Below are positions 20,127 through 29,907 of a stretch of 64,000 nucleotides of DNA, piece after piece. The number at the start of each line of letters is the position of its first letter. The stretch's first letter is position 1. A program made the position numbers and the translations under genes. The stretch comes from a virus (Duplodnaviria; Caudoviricetes): IMG/VR virus record IMGVR_UViG_3300033075_001021. One strand, 5' to 3'. Under the pieces are notes generated by a model. It worked only from the letters and a program-made list of their open reading frames with translations, did not search any database and was not told where the DNA came from.

Positions 20127-21200
20127 TTAGTGTTGTGTTAATAAAATGGTTTTAACATCTTTCCTAGCTGCTGCATCGTCACCATCATTCGGTGTAACCA
20201 ATACATGCCATTTCATTAATTTTGGGTTTTCTGGTGTTTTTAATAATTCAGCATAAGTAATAATATCTTTAAGTGGTAAATTGAAATATTCCGCTACTTT
20301 TTGTTTTAACAGTTGTTTATCTGAAATCTTAGCTAAATCTAACCCCTTAAATAATTCAGTTGGTACCCAAACAGATATTTTTTGTTTGTCAGTATCAATT
20401 TTTGAGCGCTCTTTTTTAGAACCACCAAGTGAGAATGCAACAGAACCAATGTTTGAAGACTTTGCAACATCGGCCATTTTAGTATAAGCATCATCAATTA
20501 TGTTAAAGCCTTCTTCTTGTAATTTCTTAATAACCTTTTCAGCAATAGACACATACTTTTTTGTAAAAAAATCACCAGAATCATTCCATCTTAAAATAAT
20601 CTTAGATTCATAACCTTTAAGTGCTTTATGTTTTGTACATATTTGCTTAAGCTCAACGTACAACTGATTTTCATATTCATTTGGATAATTCAATAAATAA
20701 TTCAAACGACGTGTCATCAAATCATATGAATTTGGGTATTGAATATATCGACCTTTTAAAGCATAACAAATAACACGACATTCACCAGCACCTGGGCAGG
20801 TATTGATTACATAAAATCTATTTTTGCTGATATCATAGGCAATTCCTCTGAAAGCTGGAACACCTGTTTTGTAGAAGTATTCATTGGGTTGACCACTCTT
20901 TAACATCTTTTCATTGGTGTTGATTAATGAATTTGGTTTTTCTGTGATTCTTTTGGCAAAATCTTCTATATCTAATTTACCACCCTTAAATAACTTTGAT
21001 TTTGAATGAATAAACGGCATCTTTGGTGAAAACTTTTCTCTTTCACCATAACCCTTGTTTGCGTTTGAAATTACCCTATTAAGATAGCTTTTTAATTCTT
21101 CTGGAGAAAGACATTCTTTTTGAACATCAGCAAAGTCTTTTTCCCAACTAATCTCATTAATATATTGGTTAATGGCCTCGTTTAATAACTTTTTAATCAT
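20127..21200 (-). CDS. Gp88-like protein
   Basis: TCPGAGEC..CYA, RWNDSGDF, YTK. Confidence 0.7.
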   Translation of the reverse strand: MIKKLLNEAINQYINEISWEKDFADVQKECLSPEELKSYLNRVISNANKGYGEREKFSPKMPFIHSKSKLFKGGKLDIEDFAKRITEKPNSLINTNEKMLKSGQPNEYFYKTGVPAFRGIAYDISKNRFYVINTCPGAGECRVICYALKGRYIQYPNSYDLMTRRLNYLLNYPNEYENQLYVELKQICTKHKALKGYESKIILRWNDSGDFFTKKYVSIAEKVIKKLQEEGFNIIDDAYTKMADVAKSSNIGSVAFSLGGSKKERSKIDTDKQKISVWVPTELFKGLDLAKISDKQLLKQKVAEYFNLPLKDIITYAELLKTPENPKLMKWHVLVTPNDGDDAAARKDVKTILLTQH

Positions 21201-21619
21201 TATTGGGTTTTAATATAAATATCATTTGATTTTAATAAAACCACGTTAAATGACACCCAATATCGTTGTTACTGGGACTTTGAATAGACGTATAAGATAG
21301 GGAAAATTAAGACAAGATAAATACGTTTATTTTAGAATGTGCTATCCAAAGCAACGTATTTTGTTTCGGTATAACCTACTTCAATGTAACAACGATAGGT
21401 TGGTTAGTTAGTATCGTCTTTAACGAACATTACTCTAAGTATCATAATTAAGGTCCATAAACAAGCGTTGAAAAATAACACCATGGTTATGGTTTCGATT
21501 ATTGGGCTAAAACTAGCAAAAAAGCTAAGTATAAAGCACAATACACTACCTAGAATACTAATCGGTGAATAATATGACATAAAATTCTTCATACCAATAA
21601 ATATCACCAATTTTGTTTT

Positions 21620-21696
21620 TGGAGCCCCCAGTCGGCTTCGAACCGACGTCCCGTCTATACCACAGACAGATTTTGAACCAACTAAACTATGGCGGC
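21620..21696 (-). tRNA. tRNA-Thr(GGT), atypical loop GTGGTAT
   Basis: Cloverleaf, encoded CCA. Confidence 0.75.
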
Positions 21697-21964
21697 TTAT
21701 TTCATAAACGGCTTAGATATTCTCCAAGCCTCTGAAATGTGTTTTTCGGCTTCTTCAATCGCCTCAGCAGCTCTATACAGAGCCAAGGCTAGCTTTTTTC
21801 TTCCACCTTGATGGTCTTTATTACCATCAATATTCAGCTTAATTTTAAGGTGTTCTAAAAGCTCTGAAAGCGCTTCATAATGAAGGTCTCCAATATCGGT
21901 GGCCAATCCTTGAAGGTCACCGTCGTATTTTTCTACAACCTTTTTATGTTTTTCACAACTCATA

Positions 21965-22037
21965 GAGCAGTGGAGCAGAATCGAACTGCCGTCTGAACCT
22001 TGGCAAGGTCCCATAATAGCCGCTATACGACCACTGC
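21965..22037 (-). tRNA. tRNA-Gly(GCC)
   Basis: Cloverleaf, loop TTGCCAA. Confidence 0.9.
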
Positions 22038-22092
22038 ATTGGTGGCTATCTAAACCCCGAACATGGGGAACTTCGCCAATTAGTTTTTACCA

Positions 22093-22164
22093 GAGCAGCA
22101 TGTGGGAGTCAAACCCACGCCCCCGACTTGGAAGGACGGTATGCTATCGTAACACCTATGCTGC
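22093..22164 (-). tRNA. tRNA-Gly(TCC)
   Basis: Cloverleaf, loop CTTCCAA. Confidence 0.85.
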
Positions 22165-22227
22165 ATGGACCAGAGGGGCGGTGTCCCCACCGTGGATTCC
22201 CTTTCAACTCTGGATAATATAAATATA

Positions 22228-22924
22228 CAAGATTGAGCTTAGCCGCCATTTTGTTTTAGGCTATCATTTATCTATGCACCAACCCGACCTCTCAGGGGAA
22301 CCGACACCCACCGCTAAATTATTTTGTTATTAACTTTTAAGTAAATTAAGTCACAATCTAATCCTTCAAGATGTAAACCAATAATTTCTTTTATTAGGTT
22401 TTTATCAATTCCGCACATAATTCTATCTGCCGAATTAGATGATTTATCAACCCATCTTAAATTTTTACTGCGATTATCGTTACGTTTTTTGTTTTTATGG
22501 TCTACCTCCCAACCTTTGGGTTTAATTCCATGAAAAACTTCTGCAACAATACGATGAACCCTAAACGTTTTATTTATTTTGTTAATTTTAATATCAATTA
22601 ACTCATAACCTTCACGTTGTTGTCTTTTTTTCAAAATTCTTCCAGTGATTCTATTTTTAATATCACCATTAGAAGAAACATCGTAATCATAATCTCTAAA
22701 TTGCTTCCAAATAACTGTTTTCATATTTTCTCTTTATAATAAATATAAAGAAATTTAGCGAAAACCGACACCTATGAAAAAAATGTCGGTTTTTTCAGGT
22801 CTGTTTGGCTTGCTACTTCTTTGGTGGTAACGGATTTTCGATAATTTACTGGTCCTCCCAAATTAGGTTCCGTAGTGGCGAACTTCCTCCAGCATTACTG
22901 CCAGCGATAGCTTCTCTTACCTTG
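22228..22924 (-). ncRNA. rnpB: minimal RNase P RNA interrupted by an HNH gene
   Basis: GAGGAAGTTCGCCA pairs with TGGCGGCT (P4); GCTATC/GATAGC (P2); GTAA-capped P3; AGATAAATGAT..AACAAAA 3' signature. Confidence 0.8.
22314..22724 (-). CDS. NUMOD4-HNH homing endonuclease
   Basis: YDVSSNG, RVHRIVA, VDHKNKKRNDNRSKNLRW. Confidence 0.9.
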   Translation of the reverse strand: MKTVIWKQFRDYDYDVSSNGDIKNRITGRILKKRQQREGYELIDIKINKINKTFRVHRIVAEVFHGIKPKGWEVDHKNKKRNDNRSKNLRWVDKSSNSADRIMCGIDKNLIKEIIGLHLEGLDCDLIYLKVNNKII

Positions 22925-23120
22925 TTTATTCTTCTTTGTTTAATACTTCTGCAATTTTCTTAATATCAACATTCGTATTAAATGCTGAAACATCACCTTC
23001 CAGAAGTAAATCTTCGTATTCTTCAGGGAAATTACTTTCAAAAATTTCCGCTGGTACTATGTAATATTTTTCCATAACACAAAGATACGAAATCTTTTTT
23101 AAATGTCAAATAACTCTAAA

Positions 23121-23195
23121 GTCACCCCCACGGGGTTCGAACCCGTAACCTTCGGCTTAAGAGGCCGTAGCTACTTCCACATGAGCTTGAGGGTG
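23121..23195 (-). tRNA. tRNA-Lys(CTT)
   Basis: Cloverleaf, loop CTCTTAA. Confidence 0.85.
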
Positions 23196-23408
23196 ATAAA
23201 ATAAGGATTAATAATCCTTATCGTTTATTAGTTGAACAAGTTCTTCAAATAATTGAATTTTTCTTGGTGCTGTTATTATCCTATAACTCTCAAGAGGGTT
23301 AATAGGAAATAACGTCACACAAGTTGAAAACTTGCTGTACTGTACCCAAATTCTTCTGAATCTATCCCCAAAATGATTCACCAATAACTGTTCCATTTTT
23401 GCGTTTTT

Positions 23409-23495
23409 TGGTGGCCCCGATGGGATTCGAACCCATGATGGTCTTGCGACATCAGTTTAAAAGACTGTTGGTATCAACCACTAACCGACGGAGCC
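23409..23495 (-). tRNA. tRNA-Lys(TTT) with long variable arm
   Basis: Loop CTTTTAA; variable arm TGTCGCAAGAC. Confidence 0.8.
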
Positions 23496-23512
23496 AAAAT
23501 TAATCTTATTTT

Positions 23513-23546
23513 GTACCCCCGTTAGGAATCGAACCAACGTGAGGCA
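23513..23546 (-). pseudogene. 3' fragment of a split tRNA-Lys
   Basis: T-arm-like GTTCGATTCC plus CGGGGGT complementary to GCCCTCG of fragment 24157-24200. Confidence 0.7.
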
Positions 23547-23547
23547 C

Positions 23548-23999
23548 TTAAGTTTTTTGCTTTTCATTTAAGAATTTATACCAACCAAATTGTATTGCAG
23601 TTTTACGTCTGTGACAATTAGCACACCTAACATCACATTTATTAATCTCTGCGAATACTGTTTCTAACCTATAACCCTGTGATACTAATGTGCTAATATC
23701 TTTATATTTATTAGAATCATCTCTATGGTCAAATTCTAAAACAATTGGGTCAGTTTCACCACAATCAATACATGGATGGGTTGATAAATATTCAAATACT
23801 TTTATCCTAATTAAATCTCTATTCTTTCTATTTCGTTCATAAACATCAACCTTATGTTTTTCACGGTTATTGTTATAATACGCTTTAGATTTTATTCGAC
23901 TACATTCCCGACAAATAGTACTGTAACCATCACGTTTGGTTTTATTCTTATTGAAAAGAGCTAAGTCTTTTTCTTGTTTACAAATGCTACATATTTTCA
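23548..23999 (-). CDS. HNH endonuclease (tRNA-associated)
   Basis: CIDCGETDPIVLEFDH..CANCHRRKT. Confidence 0.85.
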
Positions 24000-24056
24000 T
24001 AATTCTATTTTTATATAAATATGTGGCTTTTAACAAAAAGACAATTTAAAAGCTTA

Positions 24057-24133
24057 GGTGGGCCCCAAGGGAATCGAACCCTTTTTTTGACTGGTTAAAA
24101 GCCAGTGGCAATACCAAATTTTGCTAGAAGCCC
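24057..24133 (-). tRNA. tRNA-Lys(TTT), replacement copy on the HNH element
   Basis: Complete cloverleaf between the two halves of a split tRNA-Lys. Confidence 0.8.
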
Positions 24134-24156
24134 AATTTTATACCCCCACTAGCTTT

Positions 24157-24200
24157 AACGGTTTAAAAGACCGTTGCCTACACCAGTTTGCTACGAGGGC
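24157..24200 (-). pseudogene. 5' fragment of a split tRNA-Lys(TTT)
   Basis: Acceptor 5' strand, D arm and anticodon arm ACGGT CTTTTAA ACCGT; no T arm. Confidence 0.75.
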
Positions 24201-24376
24201 TTGTACATGACTTCCCCCAGCATCTCTGGTGAGAAGTCTTATCGTTTACGTTTACGTTTTATCATGTTATATTTAATCATACGTGAAATACAATTACTTT
24301 TAGCTACATCAGCCAAATATGCGTCTATTAATCTATAATCAATTTGTATATACATCTTTTTTAATTTTTAATTGTT

Positions 24377-24492
24377 GTGGGGGCGGCTGGAATTGCACCA
24401 ACGTTTTTCAAATTTACAGTTTGTTGATTAAATTTGTTTTTGCTGCAAACATTCTTAACCAGAATGTATTAGTCTAACATTTCAACACCCCC
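24377..24492 (-). tRNA. tRNA-Tyr(GTA)-like with insertion in the D region
   Basis: Acceptor, CAAA CTGTAAA TTTG arm and T-like arm; D arm replaced by a CAGCAA-motif insert. Confidence 0.5.
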
Positions 24493-24499
24493 ATATTTT

Positions 24500-24573
24500 G
24501 AGCCTCATTGGTTACTCGAAAACCATTCCCCTATTTACGAAACAGGTGCGTCACCATATACGCTTATGTGGCA
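24500..24573 (-). tRNA. tRNA-Thr(CGT)
   Basis: Cloverleaf, loop TTCGTAA. Confidence 0.75.
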
Positions 24574-24615
24574 TTTGCTAGGTTTTAATTTTCACCAGAC
24601 CTAACAACTGGCTGA

Positions 24616-24699
24616 GAGCCTTCGGCCAGATTCGAACTGGCGGGGGATTACTCCGCTCGCTTACAAGGCGAGTGCAATCGACCACTATGCGACGAAGGC
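24616..24699 (-). tRNA. tRNA-Thr(TGT) with long variable arm
   Basis: Loop CTTGTAA. Confidence 0.8.
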
Positions 24700-24761
24700 A
24701 TTTTGAATTTCTATGATACTTCTCCACACGGAAGTTCTATGAAATTCTAACAGTCTCATAC

Positions 24762-24852
24762 GGTGCAGATGGAGAGAATCGAACTCTCGTCCGCTGGTTG
24801 GAAGCCAGCTATAATATGTCGTTAATTCGACGAACCACTATACGACATCTGC
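24762..24852 (-). tRNA. tRNA-Gly(TCC) with extra D-loop hairpin
   Basis: Loop CTTCCAA; GTCG-AATTAA-CGAC in D loop. Confidence 0.75.
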
Positions 24853-24910
24853 ATTACAGGATGATTTTTTTTCCAATAAAAGTGGTTTAACTTTGCTGAA
24901 CTCATCCTTT

Positions 24911-24994
24911 GTGGGTCGTGAAGGACTCGAACCTCCGAAAGTCGAATGACGGGGAGGTTACAGCTCCCTGTGATTGCCGCTACACAAACGACCC
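24911..24994 (-). tRNA. tRNA-Tyr(GTA)
   Basis: Cloverleaf. Confidence 0.9.
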
Positions 24995-25148
24995 ATATGT
25001 TCATTTTTTCTCTAACATTTTCCAGAAATGAACAAAACTACATACTCACTCGTTTGATGCTTGTCGCCATACCGCAGTAGTCCAACGGTCAGCTGCTAGC
25101 CTCACAGCCTTAATCATCTCCAATAATCAGGCGCAAGCATCGCTATAT

Positions 25149-25232
25149 GTGGGTGAGGTCGGATTCGAACCAACCATCCATGCGGATTAAGTAATTTACA
25201 GTCACTCGCCTAACCAACTCGGCATCTCACCC
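25149..25232 (-). tRNA. tRNA-Tyr(GTA)
   Basis: Cloverleaf. Confidence 0.85.
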
Positions 25233-25310
25233 AATTTAACCCATTTAATCGTAAGGACTTAGTCTTCATCAAATCACTAGGGTTATCATGATTGATTACT
25301 TCCTTACTTT

Positions 25311-25385
25311 GTTACCCCAGAAGGATTCGAACCCTCACCCAGCCACGCTCAAAACGTAGGATGCTAACCGTTACACCACAGGGCA
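25311..25385 (-). tRNA. tRNA-Gln(TTG)
   Basis: Cloverleaf. Confidence 0.85.
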
Positions 25386-25492
25386 ATATAATTTTAACAT
25401 CAACATCGATTACCACAATTACGATGAACCTTCGGGCCAACCGCCCAATATTCTTTTTTTGCTACGTGGATAAAGAACTTTGATGTTGTAGC

Positions 25493-25567
25493 GTTGCGCT
25501 GAATGGAGTCGAACCATTGTCCTCTGCTTCAAAGGCAGTTATAATAAAGCCGTTATACGACAGCGCA
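25493..25567 (-). tRNA. tRNA-Gln(TTG)
   Basis: Cloverleaf. Confidence 0.85.
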
Positions 25568-25584
25568 ATATTTAAAGAACTTCA

Positions 25585-25657
25585 GTTGCCTCATTAGGAC
25601 TCGAACCCAAACTTAAGCGCTCAGAACGCCCAGTGCTTGCCATTACACCATGAAGCA
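25585..25657 (-). tRNA. tRNA-Gln(CTG)
   Basis: Cloverleaf. Confidence 0.85.
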
Positions 25658-25662
25658 ATATT

Positions 25663-25750
25663 GTCGGGGTGACAGGAATCGAACCTGCGGGGAGACTTGC
25701 TCACTCGGCTCCAAACCGAGACCGCTACCTGACTACGGGCCTACACCCCG
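25663..25750 (-). tRNA. tRNA-Pro(TGG) with long variable arm
   Basis: Loop TTTGGAG. Confidence 0.8.
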
Positions 25751-25814
25751 ATAATTTGAATTTCTACGATTCCTCCTCCTAACGGAAGTTCTATGAAATC
25801 CTAACAGTCTCCAC

Positions 25815-25889
25815 GGTAGGGTAGACAGGACTCGAACCTGCACCGTCTTCATCCCAAATGAAGTGACCTACCAATTGGTCAACTACCCT
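25815..25889 (-). tRNA. tRNA-Pro(TGG)
   Basis: Cloverleaf. Confidence 0.9.
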
Positions 25890-25895
25890 ATAAAT

Positions 25896-25930
25896 AAAAA
25901 ACCCCAGTCAAATTATGAACTGGGGTTTTT
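25896..25930 (-). terminator. attenuator terminator of the KYTQPG tRNA operon
   Basis: CCCCAGT-loop-ACTGGGG followed by T6. Confidence 0.85.
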
Positions 25931-25948
25931 GCTTATTCCTGATTATCT

Positions 25949-26053
25949 TTACACCAAATCGATGTCTTTTACAGTATATAACATACCCAGTCCATTAAGA
26001 GGTGTGCCCCCTTGTGGTTTTTGTTTCGGTTGATATGTCGTATACTTTTTCAT
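25949..26053 (-). CDS. leader peptide MKKYTTYQPKQKPQGGTPLNGLGMLYTVKDIDLV
   Basis: Codons 2-18 are all K/Y/T/Q/P/G, matching the downstream tRNAs. Confidence 0.9.
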   Translation of the reverse strand: MKKYTTYQPKQKPQGGTPLNGLGMLYTVKDIDLV

Positions 26054-26076
26054 GACTTTATTTGTTATTGTTGTTT

Positions 26077-26118
26077 ATAAATATGTACAAAGATACAAAA
26101 GTTTTTTGAAATGTCAAA
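26077..26118 (-). promoter_or_regulatory. tandem TAnnTTTG promoter plus TATTTAT motif
   Basis: TTTGACA..GTATCTTTG then TATTTAT. Confidence 0.8.
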
Positions 26119-26122
26119 TTTT

Positions 26123-26320
26123 TTATGAACTTTTTTTCTCTTTTTTTGTTTTTTCTTTTTTGTCAGCTTTTTCAGCTTCTGTTTTTTGTTTTTTGTTAAG
26201 GTCTCTTTCGTTTTGCTTCCACTCTGATTTTGGTGTGTATTTCCAGCCAGATTTCACTTTTGATTCTGCTTCAGTATCACTCAATCTCAGGTATTTACCA
26301 TCTTTAGAAACTGTTTTCAT
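26123..26320 (-). CDS. small basic hypothetical protein
   Basis: ORF behind promoter. Confidence 0.6.
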   Translation of the reverse strand: MKTVSKDGKYLRLSDTEAESKVKSGWKYTPKSEWKQNERDLNKKQKTEAEKADKKEKTKKEKKSS

Positions 26321-26372
26321 TTATTAATTATTTATGCAAATATACGAAGGGTTTTTCAATTTTCCAAATTTT

Positions 26373-26813
26373 TTATGAACTTTTTTTCTTCGCTTCTGAA
26401 ACCATCTCTTTTAAGTTGTTGATTTTATCACGTAACTTGATGGCAAGCTCGTAATCTTCATTGTCAACCGCCTCTTGAAGTTGCTCGTCTAATGTCTTCT
26501 TATTTTCTACGTTAGATTCACCAGCAAGAACATCGGTTACAACAATTTTTACAAATCTTCCGTTTGGTGTATCCCAAGTTAATTTTGTAAACCTAAGACC
26601 ATCTTCAATAATTTCTTCTGAACTGGTTGGTTCACCAAGATTGATACCTAGTTTATTGGCAATCATTTCTTCAGCATCCAAGGCCTCAGTTTCCTTAAAA
26701 CTTGATAGCGCCTCCATGAGTTTTTTTATTTCCTCATGTACTGGATTGGTGTATTTTCTTTCATTAGGTTGTTCGTTGAAAAAATCGTTGAACAAATCAT
26801 CAAAACTTTTCAT
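26373..26813 (-). CDS. UVR-domain protein
   Basis: QLQEAVDNEDYELAIKLRDKI. Confidence 0.75.
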   Translation of the reverse strand: MKSFDDLFNDFFNEQPNERKYTNPVHEEIKKLMEALSSFKETEALDAEEMIANKLGINLGEPTSSEEIIEDGLRFTKLTWDTPNGRFVKIVVTDVLAGESNVENKKTLDEQLQEAVDNEDYELAIKLRDKINNLKEMVSEAKKKSS

Positions 26814-27070
26814 TTTTGTTTGGTTTTTATTCGCTTGGTTATTTTCTTTGTTCTATTGGTAAACTCAGTTATTGGATTTATCTTATAGAAAAGAAAGAAT
26901 AATATAAAGAATAGGGCCGCAGCAGCATATAATATATGCATTGTAGTCCAGTAGTCTTTCGTTAATTGCGTCAATTTGTAGACAAGAAGGTCGTACCCAA
27001 ACGGGTTTAGAAAACTCGCTATCACTAGACACATGGTTCCTAGTTTTTTTCGTGTCGCTTCGGTCATCAC
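26810..27070 (-). CDS. small membrane protein
   Basis: Two hydrophobic segments. Confidence 0.6.
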   Translation of the reverse strand: MMTEATRKKLGTMCLVIASFLNPFGYDLLVYKLTQLTKDYWTTMHILYAAAALFFILFFLFYKINPITEFTNRTKKITKRIKTKQK

Positions 27071-27166
27071 AATCCATAGTTTTGGGTTTAATTACAACAA
27101 TAAGGAAATCTCCAATATTGTTCTTATGCTAGGTATAAGAAGGGACAATCAAGCCCCTTCTATACA

Positions 27167-27352
27167 TTACTTTACACTCTTTACTGAATCAGTAGCTACT
27201 GAATCCACTTTGGTGCTGTCAATTTGAATGCCAGTGGTGGTATCAGCTTTTAATTGTGCCGTACTGTCAGTTACACTGTCATTTTGTGTTGCTACGCTGT
27301 TGCAAGATGTCATTGCGACAACTAAGCAAATCGCAAAAATGGCTTTTTTCAT
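27167..27352 (-). CDS. putative lipoprotein (start MKKAIF)
   Basis: Signal peptide with lipobox-like MTSC. Confidence 0.6.
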   Translation of the reverse strand: MKKAIFAICLVVAMTSCNSVATQNDSVTDSTAQLKADTTTGIQIDSTKVDSVATDSVKSVK

Positions 27353-27516
27353 GTTCTTTCCTTTTTGTTTTTTTTGTTTGTTGTTATTATTATAAATATC
27401 TCCAGAATGCAAATATACGCCTTTTTTTCCCTTTCCATGATAATTATGCAAATATACTAATAAAAATCAAAACATGCAAATTTTTACATAAAAAAAGGGG
27501 CCATTTGGCCCCTTTT

Positions 27517-29436
27517 TTATGATTGAATTGTTACTGTCATTGTTCGTATTACTCCTTGACCATCCTTAGCTCGTATTGTATATGTTCTACCAGCAACCAA
27601 ATTACTAAAGGTTGCATTGGTTGAGAATATACTATTATCAATACTATATGATAATGGTGTTGTACCGTTTTTTGTTCTTACCGTTAACCCACTAATTACA
27701 AATGGGGATATTGGTTGTGTTAATGTCAATGTTGTAGATGTTCTAGCGCTATTTGCATCAATAACATGGAATGTATATGTTCCAGCGGTTAAACCACTAA
27801 AAACATTTCCTGTAACAAAGGTTACGTTATCTCTAGAGTATCTATATGGTGATGCACCACCCGAAGCATTAAGCGTTACGCTTGTTGTACCATTAATTGT
27901 TGTAATTTGTGAATAGTTAGCTGTAACAACAAGTTGTGCTACTTGAGAAATTGTAACAGATTTTGTTGCTGTTGACCCAGATGCGTCGGTTACCGTGAAT
28001 TCATGTGTTCCCGCTTGTCTTGAAAATGTTCCAGTACCACTATATGGTGGTACACCGCCAGATGCACCGACAGTTACTGTTGATAAACCGCCATTTATCA
28101 ATATTGGTGTGAAGCTTACACTAATATTCAACGGTTGTGGTATTGCTTGATTATATTCTATAATACCAATATCTGGATTTCCAACAATAGTATTACCATT
28201 TATGTCTTGTGTATAACCAACTGTTGTACCACTATTAATTAATATACTATTAACCGCTGGTGTAAAATCCCAATATAATGGGTTTGCATTTGTTGTGTCT
28301 TTCCAAATAACACTGGTTGTTATTGTTTCGGATGAGTGGGGGGTAAAATTCAACACACTACCACTACCTAACTTATAAACGTTGTTTTGGCTAACCAAAG
28401 CACCAGCTGTACCCCACTGCGCCCTACATACATCAATTGTACCGTATAATTGAACTACATTGTTTTTCAAAACTAAGCTTGATGCGGTTGTTGCTGAAGC
28501 TTTAAATGCAAAACAAGCACTTGATGATATACGATATGGCTCCGATTCGACAATGATATTATTATAAAATTGTAAATTTGTTACTGTTGTGGCAAATCCA
28601 CCAGAATTACTAACATATGATATTGACCCGTTATTAATACACTTATTATATGATAATATAGTATCTGTAACCGTATTGCCACCAGAACCACCAATTTCAA
28701 TAACACCATTACAATCTACAAATGTATTTTTGGTGATTAGGGTATTTTCAATTAACGGTACATCTGCATAGATATCTATAGCCCCACCATCAACACCATA
28801 GTCAAATGACTGAGCCCAGCAATCATGAAAATAGTTTTCACTGATTGTATTATTACTTGATGAAATTACAATCGGATTTGCGCCGTAATCATCATCATTT
28901 CCTGGAGGTGGTCCATCGTTTGTATTAACAACCATCCTAAGATTACCAATATCACACTTAGTCATAGTATTATAACCACTTACCCAATAAGCACCAACAC
29001 CAACCAATTCAATTTTACAATTGCTTATTGTATTATAGCTATTTATAGTACCATCAAATGTAAATGCTCTTTGAATTTTAGATTGGACTGTTCTATCTGT
29101 TGGGCTTATTGATGTATCTGTAATCCATAAGTTATCAAATATAATATAAGACCGATTATACATATAAAATAGGTGTGATATTTGCGCACCAGTACCTATA
29201 AACTTTGGTTTATTTCCTGAGCCATAAGAACCAAATTTTATTGGAGCTAATGCAGTACCAGATTTATTTACTGTTAATGTACCTGAAAATGTATCACCAC
29301 ACTTAAATAAAATTGAATCACCAGGTTGAAATGCTGACATTGAAGATTGAACCTGTGATAATGATTTCCACGGTGTTGATAATGAACCATTTGATGTTCC
29401 ACCAGTGTAGGATGAGCTTACGTAATAAGTTGCCAT
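27517..29436 (-). CDS. beta-helix repeat protein with SprB-like C-terminal repeats
   Basis: YYVSS..GSLSTPWKSL..PGDSILFKCG; GASGGVPPY and LTAGTYTFHVIDAN repeats. Confidence 0.75.
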   Translation of the reverse strand: MATYYVSSSYTGGTSNGSLSTPWKSLSQVQSSMSAFQPGDSILFKCGDTFSGTLTVNKSGTALAPIKFGSYGSGNKPKFIGTGAQISHLFYMYNRSYIIFDNLWITDTSISPTDRTVQSKIQRAFTFDGTINSYNTISNCKIELVGVGAYWVSGYNTMTKCDIGNLRMVVNTNDGPPPGNDDDYGANPIVISSSNNTISENYFHDCWAQSFDYGVDGGAIDIYADVPLIENTLITKNTFVDCNGVIEIGGSGGNTVTDTILSYNKCINNGSISYVSNSGGFATTVTNLQFYNNIIVESEPYRISSSACFAFKASATTASSLVLKNNVVQLYGTIDVCRAQWGTAGALVSQNNVYKLGSGSVLNFTPHSSETITTSVIWKDTTNANPLYWDFTPAVNSILINSGTTVGYTQDINGNTIVGNPDIGIIEYNQAIPQPLNISVSFTPILINGGLSTVTVGASGGVPPYSGTGTFSRQAGTHEFTVTDASGSTATKSVTISQVAQLVVTANYSQITTINGTTSVTLNASGGASPYRYSRDNVTFVTGNVFSGLTAGTYTFHVIDANSARTSTTLTLTQPISPFVISGLTVRTKNGTTPLSYSIDNSIFSTNATFSNLVAGRTYTIRAKDGQGVIRTMTVTIQS

Positions 29437-29833
29437 ATGATTTATTTTACAATAAATATCTGGAACTATAACAAAAAAAAGGGAAACCCAAGGTTCCCCA
29501 AAATAAATTTAAAAATCTAAGACGTGGGCTTCGAACCCCCAAAACACTCACATTTGTGTACCCTCCCGTATGTCCTAACCAAAGTAACTTACATATCTTA
29601 GATTTTCTGTATTAAGATGGGAATTTATGTGCTAATTCCAAGATACGGGCTACATCTTAATAATAAGTTTATCAAAATTGATTAACAGGATTCCCGATTC
29701 TCCACCTGTATACTTGCCGTCTAAGTCTATTAATCCTAGAGTTATAGATTTCACTGCTAAAAAACAAGCGTATTAATTTGTTTATCGTGTCTAACAACTT
29801 AACGTCTCATTATACGATAATCAATTTTGATTT

Positions 29834-29907
29834 GTTGCCACGGGTGGACTCGAACCACCGACTCTCCCCTAAACACGGGGCCCCTCTAACCGCTGAGGTA
29901 CGTAGCG
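29834..29907 (-). tRNA. tRNA-Asn(GTT)-like, atypical loop GTGTTTA
   Basis: Normal D and T arms. Confidence 0.6.
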
